A stretch of DNA of 64,000 bases from Thermodesulfovibrio yellowstonii (GTDB taxonomy: Bacteria > Nitrospirota > Thermodesulfovibrionia > Thermodesulfovibrionales > Dissulfurispiraceae): positions 393 through 64,392 of the forward strand of contig DYHD01000002.1 of NCBI GenBank assembly GCA_020724365.1, read 5' to 3'. The notes below the pieces were generated by a model. That model worked only from the letters and a program-made list of their open reading frames with translations. It was not told where the DNA came from and searched no databases. This document shows positions 1-8,071 of this stretch, in pieces. The translations under genes and the position numbers were made by a program. The number at the start of each line of letters is the position of its first letter. Positions within the stretch are counted from its first letter, which is position 1.

Positions 1-1
1 C

Positions 2-1210
2 ATAGAAACACCAGGACTTCAAACAGCAATAGCCTTATCCAATTTTGACATTAATAATTACTCAGACTCTATGAATAAGATTTCTTCTGAGCTAAAGAAG
101 AACAAAAACATCTATCATTGCCAGACAATCACCCCCCGTCATGGCATGACAGCAGAATGCACTCACAGCGGCTTTTCTATGGAGACTTATAATGAAACAG
201 AGCAAGCTTATGTATCTTCCGTCGTTAACGCAAAGATTCTGGCAGCCAAAGATACTGAAAAGAAACTGAACAAAGATTTTGGGGATTTATTAAGCGATGA
301 ATATTGTTTTACTGACCAATTGGATAAATTAGGTCAAAAAAAACATGAAGATAGCCATATTGCAGTTGTGCATATAGACGGTAACAATATGGCAGATAGA
401 TTCAGAGAGATTAAAACACTACCATCTGCAAGAGAGCTTTCAAAATCAGTGAAAAAAGCTACAATCTTTGCTGTAAGGGGTATGATTGAAGCAACCATCA
501 AAGAGCAAAAAACTTTACTCAATTTTCTCGATATTGAAACCTTCAACATTCAGGATAAAAAACAGATTTTACCCTTCAGACCAATCATAATAGGTGGTGA
601 TGATATAGCTTTTGTATCAGAAGGCAGGCTTGGCATTTGGCTTGCTGAAAAATTCCTTCAATCTTTTGCCAAAGAACAGGTTTCTGATAACAAACCGCTT
701 AGTGCATGTGCTGGAATAGCTATAACGAAAACCAAATACCCATTCTACAGGGGCTATACCCTCGCAGAAGAACTCTGCAGAAATGCTAAAAATAAGAGGA
801 AAGAGGCAGATTCACCTGGTTCATGGCTAGATTTTCATATTTCTTTTGGTGGTATATCAGGTTCATTAAATCATATCAGAAATTCGCAATATAAGGCTGA
901 ACAAGGCAGTCTTTTGATGAGACCTTATTCATTAGATGAAACAAAGAATAGAATAAGCCTTGAAACAATAAAGACTAAAGCAAGAGAACTTGGAAAAATA
1001 CCCAACAATAAACTCAAAGATATGAGAAATATTATGACATTGGGCGAACCACAGAGAAAGATTTTTGTTAATGAACTAAGCGTAAGGGGTTACTCTTTGC
1101 CTAAGTTTGATGGTAAAGACTATCACGCCTCTTTATTCGAGAATGCTCAGACTCCTTACTTTGATATGATTGAACTCATGGAATTTCATCATGAAATAAA
1201 GGAGGTTTAA
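2..1210 (+). CDS. cas10: Cas10 (type III CRISPR large subunit), C-terminal ~400 aa; the 5' end lies outside the window
   Basis: The frame of ORF 71..1210 stays open back to nt 2, so the gene is cut by the window edge. Palm/cyclase motifs 'AVVHIDGNNM' and 'IIIGGDDIAFVSEG' (GGDD), then 'CAGIAITKTKYPF'. Followed directly by five RAMP/Csx-type genes. Confidence 0.85.
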   Translation: METPGLQTAIALSNFDINNYSDSMNKISSELKKNKNIYHCQTITPRHGMTAECTHSGFSMETYNETEQAYVSSVVNAKILAAKDTEKKLNKDFGDLLSDEYCFTDQLDKLGQKKHEDSHIAVVHIDGNNMADRFREIKTLPSARELSKSVKKATIFAVRGMIEATIKEQKTLLNFLDIETFNIQDKKQILPFRPIIIGGDDIAFVSEGRLGIWLAEKFLQSFAKEQVSDNKPLSACAGIAITKTKYPFYRGYTLAEELCRNAKNKRKEADSPGSWLDFHISFGGISGSLNHIRNSQYKAEQGSLLMRPYSLDETKNRISLETIKTKARELGKIPNNKLKDMRNIMTLGEPQRKIFVNELSVRGYSLPKFDGKDYHASLFENAQTPYFDMIELMEFHHEIKEV

Positions 1211-1213
1211 ATT

Positions 1214-1903
1214 ATGAATAGGACATTAACAATCACAATGCGTCTAAAGTCAAAGACAATAATCGGCTCTGCTGAAGGCTATGGAGCTATAATTGATACA
1301 GATGTAATCTTTGATGAACTTGGTATTCCATACATACCTGCCAGAAGGGTCAAGGGCTGTCTGAGAGAGTCAGCCATCGAAGTGCTTGATATGTTTAGCA
1401 TGTCAGGGATTAACAACTTCATAGAACTTACAAAAGAAGATAAAGAAAAATATAAATATGAGATTGTTAACAAGATATTTGGCAAACCCGGCATGATTGA
1501 TTCTTCACCAGTAAGTTTTGGCAATCTATATTTGGATGATTATGAAGTACTAAATAATTGGCTATTCTATTTAAAGACAGAACTTCAAGGACTCATATCA
1601 AAAGAGTCAATCACTTCATATTATACCGACATTGCACAGCAAACAGCCATTGAGGGTGGCATTGCAAAAAGACATAGCTTAAGGACATGCCGTTTTCTCA
1701 AGGAAGGTCTATATTTTAAGGGCATTATAAACATTTCCGTTTCAGATAATGCAGATGAATATATTAAACTGCTTTATCTATCAGCTAAAAACACTCGTTA
1801 CATAGGATCGAGCCGCACAAGAGGCTTTGGCAAAGTAGAATTTAATATTGAAGGAATTGATGGCAGCAATATCCTCAATAGATTGGAGGTATTATGCACT
1901 TAA
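1214..1903 (+). CDS. Cas7-family RAMP protein (Csm3/Cmr4-like), 229 aa
   Basis: RAMP core 'GIPYIPARRVKGCLRES' and C-terminal glycine-rich loop 'GSSRTRGFGKVEF'. Starts 4 nt after the cas10 stop and overlaps the next gene by 10 nt. Confidence 0.75.
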   Translation: MNRTLTITMRLKSKTIIGSAEGYGAIIDTDVIFDELGIPYIPARRVKGCLRESAIEVLDMFSMSGINNFIELTKEDKEKYKYEIVNKIFGKPGMIDSSPVSFGNLYLDDYEVLNNWLFYLKTELQGLISKESITSYYTDIAQQTAIEGGIAKRHSLRTCRFLKEGLYFKGIINISVSDNADEYIKLLYLSAKNTRYIGSSRTRGFGKVEFNIEGIDGSNILNRLEVLCT

Positions 1904-3408
1904 TTAATTATAGATTAACTACCCTCAGTCCTATAATAATTAGCAAAAATGCAGGAGACCCTAATATGGTTGCTACAGATGACTATATACCAGGGGTTGC
2001 CTTACTTGGTGCTTTTGCAACAGAATTTATCAAGTGGAAAAAGATAGGTTCTTCGGCTCATACAGATGAAGCATTTTGTAACTGGTTTCTTAAAGGCAAG
2101 ATATTTTTTGATAACTGCTATATCAGCTATAGTGAATATGATAAGGAGTTTCCTACCCATCCACTGCCTCTCTGTCTTTGTGAGCTGAAATCAGATTCTG
2201 CCAATAAAGATGCAGTTATATTACATAACCTATTTAATTATGAAGACGATGAAATGCCTGTTACAGCATACAGACAACGATATGTTAATCTGGAAGAAAA
2301 AAGATTCTGTTTCCCCAAGAAATCTCTTAGTTTTCATCACGAAAGAGACTACCACAAAGGCTCATCAAAAGAGAGGATTATCTTCAATTATGAGCAGTTA
2401 GATAAGGCACAGACATTCAGAGGAGTCATAAAATCTGCCGAAAGCAAATATTTAGAGGATTTTATTACATTCTTTGGCAATGAGGTTGAACTCAGAATCG
2501 GAAAATCAAGAGCAACACAGTATGGACAAGTTAAGATTACTTTTGATACCTATCCCACCCAAAAACAAATTCAAAAACCACCAGATTCTGATGAGATAAT
2601 ACTTTTCTTCACATCTCCTGCAATATTTTTGAATGAATACGGGTTTTCTGCCGCAGACCTTCCAGTTATAACTAAATATCTTGACGCTGGTGTTGAAATC
2701 CAAAAGGCATTTTTAAAACAAGAGGAAATTGAGGGATATAGTGCAGTTTGGAAGACAAAGAAATCTCTTTTTAATGCAGTATTTGCAGGTTCTTGTTTAA
2801 AGCTAAATATCACTGAAAAAACTGCTCTTGAAACACTTGCCAAAATGCAAGCAACAGGCATAGGCGAAAAGACAAATGAAGGTTTTGGGCAGTTTCAAAT
2901 CATGCCTTCTGATATGGGGTGTCAGAAAACAATAACTATCAGAGATAATAAGCCCAAATATACAAGACCTAATGGAGATATCCCCCAAACAGTCTCAGAA
3001 GTAGTTAAAGAGATTGTTATAAAACACCTTATCTCCGAGGTAAAAGACAAAGCTATCAACGATTGCAATGAATTTTATAGGGCATCTTCACAATCAATTA
3101 CAAAATTTTTACTAAGCAGACTCGAATCTATGGTGTCTGCAACAGGCAATCTCGATATATCAACACTCCGCAAACCTGCAAGAGATCAATTAGAAAGCAT
3201 TCACAATGAAGAACAGACTCTTAAAGGATTGATTGACAAAAGAATTTCACTTACAGATGTCTATCAGAATACACAAAAACTATCTAAAGAGATTAATTAT
3301 AACCCAAATGCAGATAAAGATTTAACTAAAAAGCTCGAACGAGAGTATTGGCTTACATTCTTTGCATTCATGAGAAAGAGGCTTAAAGGAGGAGGTGACA
3401 GCATATGA
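1894..3408 (+). CDS. Cas5-family RAMP (Csx10-like), 504 aa, with a ~160-aa helical C-terminal extension (possible fused Cas11 small subunit)
   Basis: 'DYIPGVALLGAF' near the N-terminus and two G-rich loops 'RIGKSRATQYGQVKI' and 'GIGEKTNEGFGQFQI'. The tail from about aa 345 is rich in charged and helical-looking residues. There is no separate small-subunit ORF in the operon. Confidence 0.6.
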   Translation: MHLINYRLTTLSPIIISKNAGDPNMVATDDYIPGVALLGAFATEFIKWKKIGSSAHTDEAFCNWFLKGKIFFDNCYISYSEYDKEFPTHPLPLCLCELKSDSANKDAVILHNLFNYEDDEMPVTAYRQRYVNLEEKRFCFPKKSLSFHHERDYHKGSSKERIIFNYEQLDKAQTFRGVIKSAESKYLEDFITFFGNEVELRIGKSRATQYGQVKITFDTYPTQKQIQKPPDSDEIILFFTSPAIFLNEYGFSAADLPVITKYLDAGVEIQKAFLKQEEIEGYSAVWKTKKSLFNAVFAGSCLKLNITEKTALETLAKMQATGIGEKTNEGFGQFQIMPSDMGCQKTITIRDNKPKYTRPNGDIPQTVSEVVKEIVIKHLISEVKDKAINDCNEFYRASSQSITKFLLSRLESMVSATGNLDISTLRKPARDQLESIHNEEQTLKGLIDKRISLTDVYQNTQKLSKEINYNPNADKDLTKKLEREYWLTFFAFMRKRLKGGGDSI

Positions 3409-4760
3409 TAGAAAATATCATAGTATTGAAAGGAACTATCGAACTTCAATCACCAGCCTTGATAGGCTGCGGCAAAGATGACCATACTGATATTGATCTT
3501 ATAAAAGACTCAAAGGGTATCCCTTACATACCTGCCACCTCTCTGGTGGGGGTCTTAAGAGACTTTATAAAACCATCTTCAATGAATGAAGGTGTGCTTA
3601 AAGAATTTTGGGGCTACTCCGTCGATGAAAATTCACAACAGAGTTCTATTACTTGTGATGACCTAAAGGCAATTAATGGTGATGCTAAGCAATCACTTGT
3701 AGAGATAAGAGATGGCGTAGCCATTGATCCAAAGAAAAGCATTGTAGAGGATAAATCTAAATATGATTTCGAGATAATTAAAAAAGGAACAAGATTTTCC
3801 CTCTATTTAGAGGCAAGATGCAAACAAGGTAGAATAAATGAATATTCAAGATTTATTAGAACTATTGAAGCATCCCTCAACAATGGATTGATTAGAGTTG
3901 GGGCAAAGACAAACAGCGGTCTCGGCAGGCTCAAACTAAAGGATGACGCCATCTATATATTTGATTTCAAGGATAAAAAAGATGTTCTTTCATGGCTTAA
4001 GCAAGATTTTACAAATAAAAAACCTGCTGATGAAATCTTGCCATTGAATATTAAATCTAATGACTTCATAATTGAAGCAAGCTTAAGATTGAAAAACTCA
4101 TTTATCATTCGTTCATATCCATCTCTGCCAGAAGACCCAGATGCAGTGCATATCACATCCGCAGATGATTATGTCATACCAGGTTCCTCTCTTAAAGGAG
4201 CTTTAAGGTCAAGAGCTTTGAGAATTGTAAATACCATTGAAAAACCCTATTCGATAATCGAAAATCTCTTTGGAGATGTGTATAACGATGAACAGCAAGC
4301 AAAACAGAAAGGCAGGAAAAAAGGTGATGCCTTTAAGGGCAGGGTTACAGTCGAGGAAGTAATCTTGCCGAGATTTATCTCAGAGCTACAGACTCGTATA
4401 AAAGTTGACCGTTTCACAGGTGGGACGATTGCGTCTGCCCTGTTTGAGACAAAACCACTTTTCAGTTCAAATAATGAAGATATAAAACATCTCAAGATAA
4501 CGATAAAGAACTGCGAACCATACGAGGCAGGACTTATGCTTCTCACCCTAAAAGATCTCTTCACAGGAGACCTTGTAGTAGGTGGCGAAAAGAACATAGG
4601 AAGAGGAGTATTTGAAGGGTTGGGTGCAGAGATTAGTTATGACGGTAAGACAATCTCCATTGATGGCAGTCTCTCAAAATTGGAGCAAGACAAAATACTT
4701 ACACTTAATAATCTTGTAAAAGCCTTTGCAAATTTCAGTGGTGGAGGTGCATCGTGTTAG
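3405..4760 (+). CDS. Tandem Cas7-Cas7 RAMP fusion (Cas7-2x-like), 451 aa
   Basis: Two complete RAMP units: 'GIPYIPATSLVGVLRD' ... 'GAKTNSGLGRLKL' and 'IPGSSLKGALRSRALR' ... 'VVGGEKNIGRGVFEG'. 4-nt overlap with the upstream gene. Confidence 0.75.
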   Translation: MIENIIVLKGTIELQSPALIGCGKDDHTDIDLIKDSKGIPYIPATSLVGVLRDFIKPSSMNEGVLKEFWGYSVDENSQQSSITCDDLKAINGDAKQSLVEIRDGVAIDPKKSIVEDKSKYDFEIIKKGTRFSLYLEARCKQGRINEYSRFIRTIEASLNNGLIRVGAKTNSGLGRLKLKDDAIYIFDFKDKKDVLSWLKQDFTNKKPADEILPLNIKSNDFIIEASLRLKNSFIIRSYPSLPEDPDAVHITSADDYVIPGSSLKGALRSRALRIVNTIEKPYSIIENLFGDVYNDEQQAKQKGRKKGDAFKGRVTVEEVILPRFISELQTRIKVDRFTGGTIASALFETKPLFSSNNEDIKHLKITIKNCEPYEAGLMLLTLKDLFTGDLVVGGEKNIGRGVFEGLGAEISYDGKTISIDGSLSKLEQDKILTLNNLVKAFANFSGGGASC

Positions 4761-5305
4761 AGAACAATGGCTTAAAGCTGAAAAAAATTAAAAGCACTGT
4801 TTTGCCAGTAAATATTACTAAATCCCTAAAACAAGAGATTTCAGAAAGAATAAAATCTGATGCCTATGTTGTAGCCTATCTTGATTATGCAGTACTTATT
4901 GGAAAATTCAAAAACGACGAATTTCAATTTTACAATAATGAGCAGTTCCAAGACAGATTTGCCCAGAGAATTCGTATATTCCAAAATGATCGTGAACTGC
5001 ATATATGGCGTTGTAATGACAATAACTTCAAAGGGCGTCTGAGGATTGATGACGAAACAGGTGAAGAGACAGTTGCAGTTGATGCATATCAGGTAATGCT
5101 TGGTACTAATACAGAAAGACTCGGTGAATACACAAAGCTAATAGAAGAAAGAGGGGCTGAGTTAATCCTGCCATTGAAAAATATCTCAGTTGATGACAAA
5201 AAGAAAAGGCTTTTTCTAAAGACGAGGAACTACATCGGCTATAATCCAATACAGCAGGCAGGATATGTGGACTGCAGATTTGTAGAAATTACAGATAAAG
5301 CTTAG
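4754..5305 (+). CDS. Small non-RAMP type III subunit, Csx19-like by size and position (183 aa)
   Basis: No RAMP motifs. It overlaps the preceding gene by 7 nt and sits between the double Cas7 and the Cas7-insertion gene, as csx19 does in III-D loci (assignment by context only). Confidence 0.45.
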   Translation: MLENNGLKLKKIKSTVLPVNITKSLKQEISERIKSDAYVVAYLDYAVLIGKFKNDEFQFYNNEQFQDRFAQRIRIFQNDRELHIWRCNDNNFKGRLRIDDETGEETVAVDAYQVMLGTNTERLGEYTKLIEERGAELILPLKNISVDDKKKRLFLKTRNYIGYNPIQQAGYVDCRFVEITDKA

Positions 5306-5320
5306 AAGGAGTAAGAGAAA

Positions 5321-7318
5321 ATGGAAAAAGCAATAATATTTATAAAAGAAGTTAATAAAGGAAAATACAGTTGTAATATTCAATTCAAATCTTCAAACAA
5401 GACTATGCCTCTATCTGACTTTAAGCATTCAGACCCAATGTCTTTCAATGAAAAAGAAGTTGAGGTGCTTAGAGAGAAAGGACAGATTATGAAAATAGTC
5501 TGTGAAGGCAAAGAGATATACAATAAACATTCACCTAAAGGACTAACAAAGCTTCAAAAAGCACAAAGAAGTGCTTCTATTCAAAACCACAACCATTCAC
5601 CTGCAATCGCGCCATATAACTTTATCCCTCTTAACACAAAAGTAGTCCAAGCTGAGCGAATACCTGACTTTGATATTTATCATGCAGACAGATTTACAGG
5701 CTATATTGACCTCGATATAGAGAGCCTTACGCCATTATATATCAGAGACACACTGATGGATGAGGAGATTAAGCAAAGAGATGAAAATGATAGACAGAGA
5801 CAAAATGATGCAACTTGCTCAGTATATGCAAACCCCGATTTTTTCTCACCCGCTGGGCGCCTCCGCATACCCGGCAGTTCCTTGAGAGGCATGATAAGAA
5901 CAATGGTTGAGATAACGAGCTATGGCAAATTTGGATTTTATAATGATAAGAGGTTGTATTATAGGGGATTGGCTGATAAGAGTGAACTTAGAATAGAATA
6001 TCAGAAGAATATGTCATCCTTTGATAAAAATAGCAATAAAAATATCTATAAAATGTCAGCAGGCTATATATTCAAGAAAAATCTTAAATATTTCATAGTC
6101 CCAGCAAAAAATTATCGTCAGATTACTAAAGACGAAGCTAAAAAATTGATAAAAGAAATTGGTGGCAAATATAAAGAGTTCAGGTTCTATGATGTCAAAA
6201 CAGGCTTTATTGTAGTTTCTGGAGATATGAATAATAAAAAGAGAGATTGGTTTATTGAATATAAGGACACAGATCAAAAACCCATTGAGATTAATAGAAA
6301 AGACATCCAAGATTACAGAGATGACATTAACAGAAATAAAGATGTTCCAAACTTGCTCGAATTATCAAGAAAAGGTGAAGTGCCGTGTTTTTATACCAGA
6401 TATTTTGATAACAAAAGTATTCAAAGGGTCTCCTTTGGTCACACAGGCATGTTCAGGCTCGCTTATCGTCAGACAATAGGAGACCATATCCCTGCAAATC
6501 TTAAAGATGAACAAATTATTGACATTGCTGGAGCCATCTTTGGCAATGAAAAGACTTTTGCTGGTAGAGTATTTTTTGAGGATGCCTTTTGTTCAAGCAG
6601 TAAAGAAGATGCCCTCATGGGTGAGAGGACTCCTAATATCCTTGCAGGACCTAAACCCACGACATTTCAGCACTATCTTGAACAGGGTAGCAATAACCTC
6701 GAAAATCACCCTAAAAATCTTGCCCATTATAATTCCAATACCAACATCAGAGGCTATAAGCTCTATTGGCATAAGGGCGGAAATGAGTGGGAACAGCAAA
6801 ATCAACAAGAACTCAGAGAGCACCAGAGTCAATATACGAAGATTAACCCTGTAAAAGAAGGAGTTATGTTCAAGGGTCGGATAAGATTTGAAAACCTCTC
6901 TGAGATTGAACTTGGTGCATTACTTTTTGCCATTGACCTACCCGAAGGACTTGCACACAAGCTTGGCATGGGCAAACCATTGGGATTAGGCTCAGTCAGG
7001 ATTACACCAAAGCTTTATATCTCAGATAGAAGCAGCCGTTATTCTGATTTATCAACCGAGTGGGCTGAACCTATTGAAGAATCTTCTGACATAGATAAAT
7101 TCAAAAAAGCTTTTTCAGATTATGTGATTAAAAAATTAGGTGAGACAGCAAATACGCTCTGGGAGACCAAAAGGCTCGGAGAACTCAGGATAATGCTCGA
7201 TTTTATAAGTAAGCCATCTAATAATAGCACTCGATATATGAAAATAGAAGCTGGCAATAATAAAGACAATGAATTTAAAAATCGAAATGTTCTGCCTCGA
7301 CCTTCTGAAGTCAGATAA
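5321..7318 (+). CDS. Large Cas7-family RAMP with a big internal insertion (TIGR03986/all1473-like), 665 aa
   Basis: 'APYNFIPLN', 'RIPGSSLRGMIRTMVEIT' and the distal G-rich loop 'KLGMGKPLGLGSVRI'. About 190 aa of non-RAMP sequence lies between the core motifs, plus a ~95-aa N-terminal extra region. RBS-like 'aaggag' lies upstream. Confidence 0.7.
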   Translation: MEKAIIFIKEVNKGKYSCNIQFKSSNKTMPLSDFKHSDPMSFNEKEVEVLREKGQIMKIVCEGKEIYNKHSPKGLTKLQKAQRSASIQNHNHSPAIAPYNFIPLNTKVVQAERIPDFDIYHADRFTGYIDLDIESLTPLYIRDTLMDEEIKQRDENDRQRQNDATCSVYANPDFFSPAGRLRIPGSSLRGMIRTMVEITSYGKFGFYNDKRLYYRGLADKSELRIEYQKNMSSFDKNSNKNIYKMSAGYIFKKNLKYFIVPAKNYRQITKDEAKKLIKEIGGKYKEFRFYDVKTGFIVVSGDMNNKKRDWFIEYKDTDQKPIEINRKDIQDYRDDINRNKDVPNLLELSRKGEVPCFYTRYFDNKSIQRVSFGHTGMFRLAYRQTIGDHIPANLKDEQIIDIAGAIFGNEKTFAGRVFFEDAFCSSSKEDALMGERTPNILAGPKPTTFQHYLEQGSNNLENHPKNLAHYNSNTNIRGYKLYWHKGGNEWEQQNQQELREHQSQYTKINPVKEGVMFKGRIRFENLSEIELGALLFAIDLPEGLAHKLGMGKPLGLGSVRITPKLYISDRSSRYSDLSTEWAEPIEESSDIDKFKKAFSDYVIKKLGETANTLWETKRLGELRIMLDFISKPSNNSTRYMKIEAGNNKDNEFKNRNVLPRPSEVR

Positions 7319-7364
7319 AAATTTGCTTATTAGGTGGTTTGAGTGTTCAGTCCATAATCCGTAG

Positions 7365-7440
7365 TCATTGCGAGTGAAACGAAGCAATCTCGCCTTTTTC
7401 TTTAATATTGCCACGCATCCTTCGGATGCTCGCAATGACA
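7365..7440. repeat. Palindromic MITE/REP-like element with termini GTCATTGCGAG ... CTCGCAATGAC
   Basis: 11-nt perfect terminal inverted repeats at 7365-7375 and 7430-7440. Related 'GTCATTCC..' / 'GTCACACTGAGC' motifs occur at about 15.79, 17.98 and 22.35 kb. The spurious ORFs 7368..7634 and 7136..7459 translate it ('ARNDRK', 'RFTRND'). Confidence 0.7.
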
Positions 7441-7606
7441 GGAAGTCTGGGGACATCATACTTATTTCTTTTTACCACATTTCTTTCTGCATGGTTTTTG
7501 TTTTTGCAAAACCCTTCCCAAGTTTACTTCAAGGAAAAAGGTCTGCTGTCTGCGGTTTCTACTTTGCGTTATATGGTGTGGACAGCCATATGTTGAGAAA
7601 TTTATT

Positions 7607-8029
7607 TCAAAAGGTTAGATTCATATCAGCCTGAACAACGGTCTCCTTATAATAAACAGCAGGATTAGCCAGTTTGACACCATCGACAAAATCATCTTTT
7701 GACATCCCAAATAGAGGGACATTGAGAGGACAGGCAAGCATTTGAGCTCCCTCTTTATATAGCATAAAGAGAAGTTCTTCAACAGAAGGCAATTCCATCT
7801 CTTCCATCCTCTTCATTACTGCATCGCTTATTTCCTCCGACTGATCTGGCAGACACTTAAGTTCTTTCAGCCTTCCTTTATGGACAGCATTAACCCCTCT
7901 TGAGCCAAAAAATATTGTAACCCTTGAACCTTCTCTTAGAAGACTCAAAGCCGTCATAAGTGCGTTATATACCTGACATAGTTCATCATGAAAACACATT
8001 ATAGATACATTTTTGGTTATCTTCGCCAT
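7607..8029 (-). CDS. DsrE/DsrF-like family protein (COG2210, DsrE2/3-like), 140 aa
   Basis: Size and pattern of DsrE-fold proteins, with a conserved-looking Cys in 'MLACPLNVPLFGM'. 'aggag' RBS. Last gene of the DsrE-type operon. Confidence 0.6.
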   Translation of the reverse strand: MAKITKNVSIMCFHDELCQVYNALMTALSLLREGSRVTIFFGSRGVNAVHKGRLKELKCLPDQSEEISDAVMKRMEEMELPSVEELLFMLYKEGAQMLACPLNVPLFGMSKDDFVDGVKLANPAVYYKETVVQADMNLTF

Positions 8030-8071
8030 ATTTTGCTCCTTTCGAATCCGACTTACATCTTTTTTTTTAAA

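Noticed and set aside
7319-7606. Looked for a CRISPR array immediately downstream of the type III operon, and elsewhere in the window.
   Set aside because: There are no direct repeats of 24-40 nt with regular spacers. The only structure is one palindromic GTCATTGCGAG element.
7136-7634. ORFs 7368..7634 (+), 7408..7596 (+) and 7136..7459 (-) in the spacer after the cas genes.
   Set aside because: They are translations of the repeat element ('ARNDRK', 'RFTRND') and have no RBS or coding-like composition.
8036-8052. 'ctttcgaatccgac', resembling a tRNA T-arm (GGTTCGAATCC).
   Set aside because: It lacks the GG, no acceptor or anticodon arms can be drawn, and the segment is the RBS region of the minus-strand gene starting at 8029.
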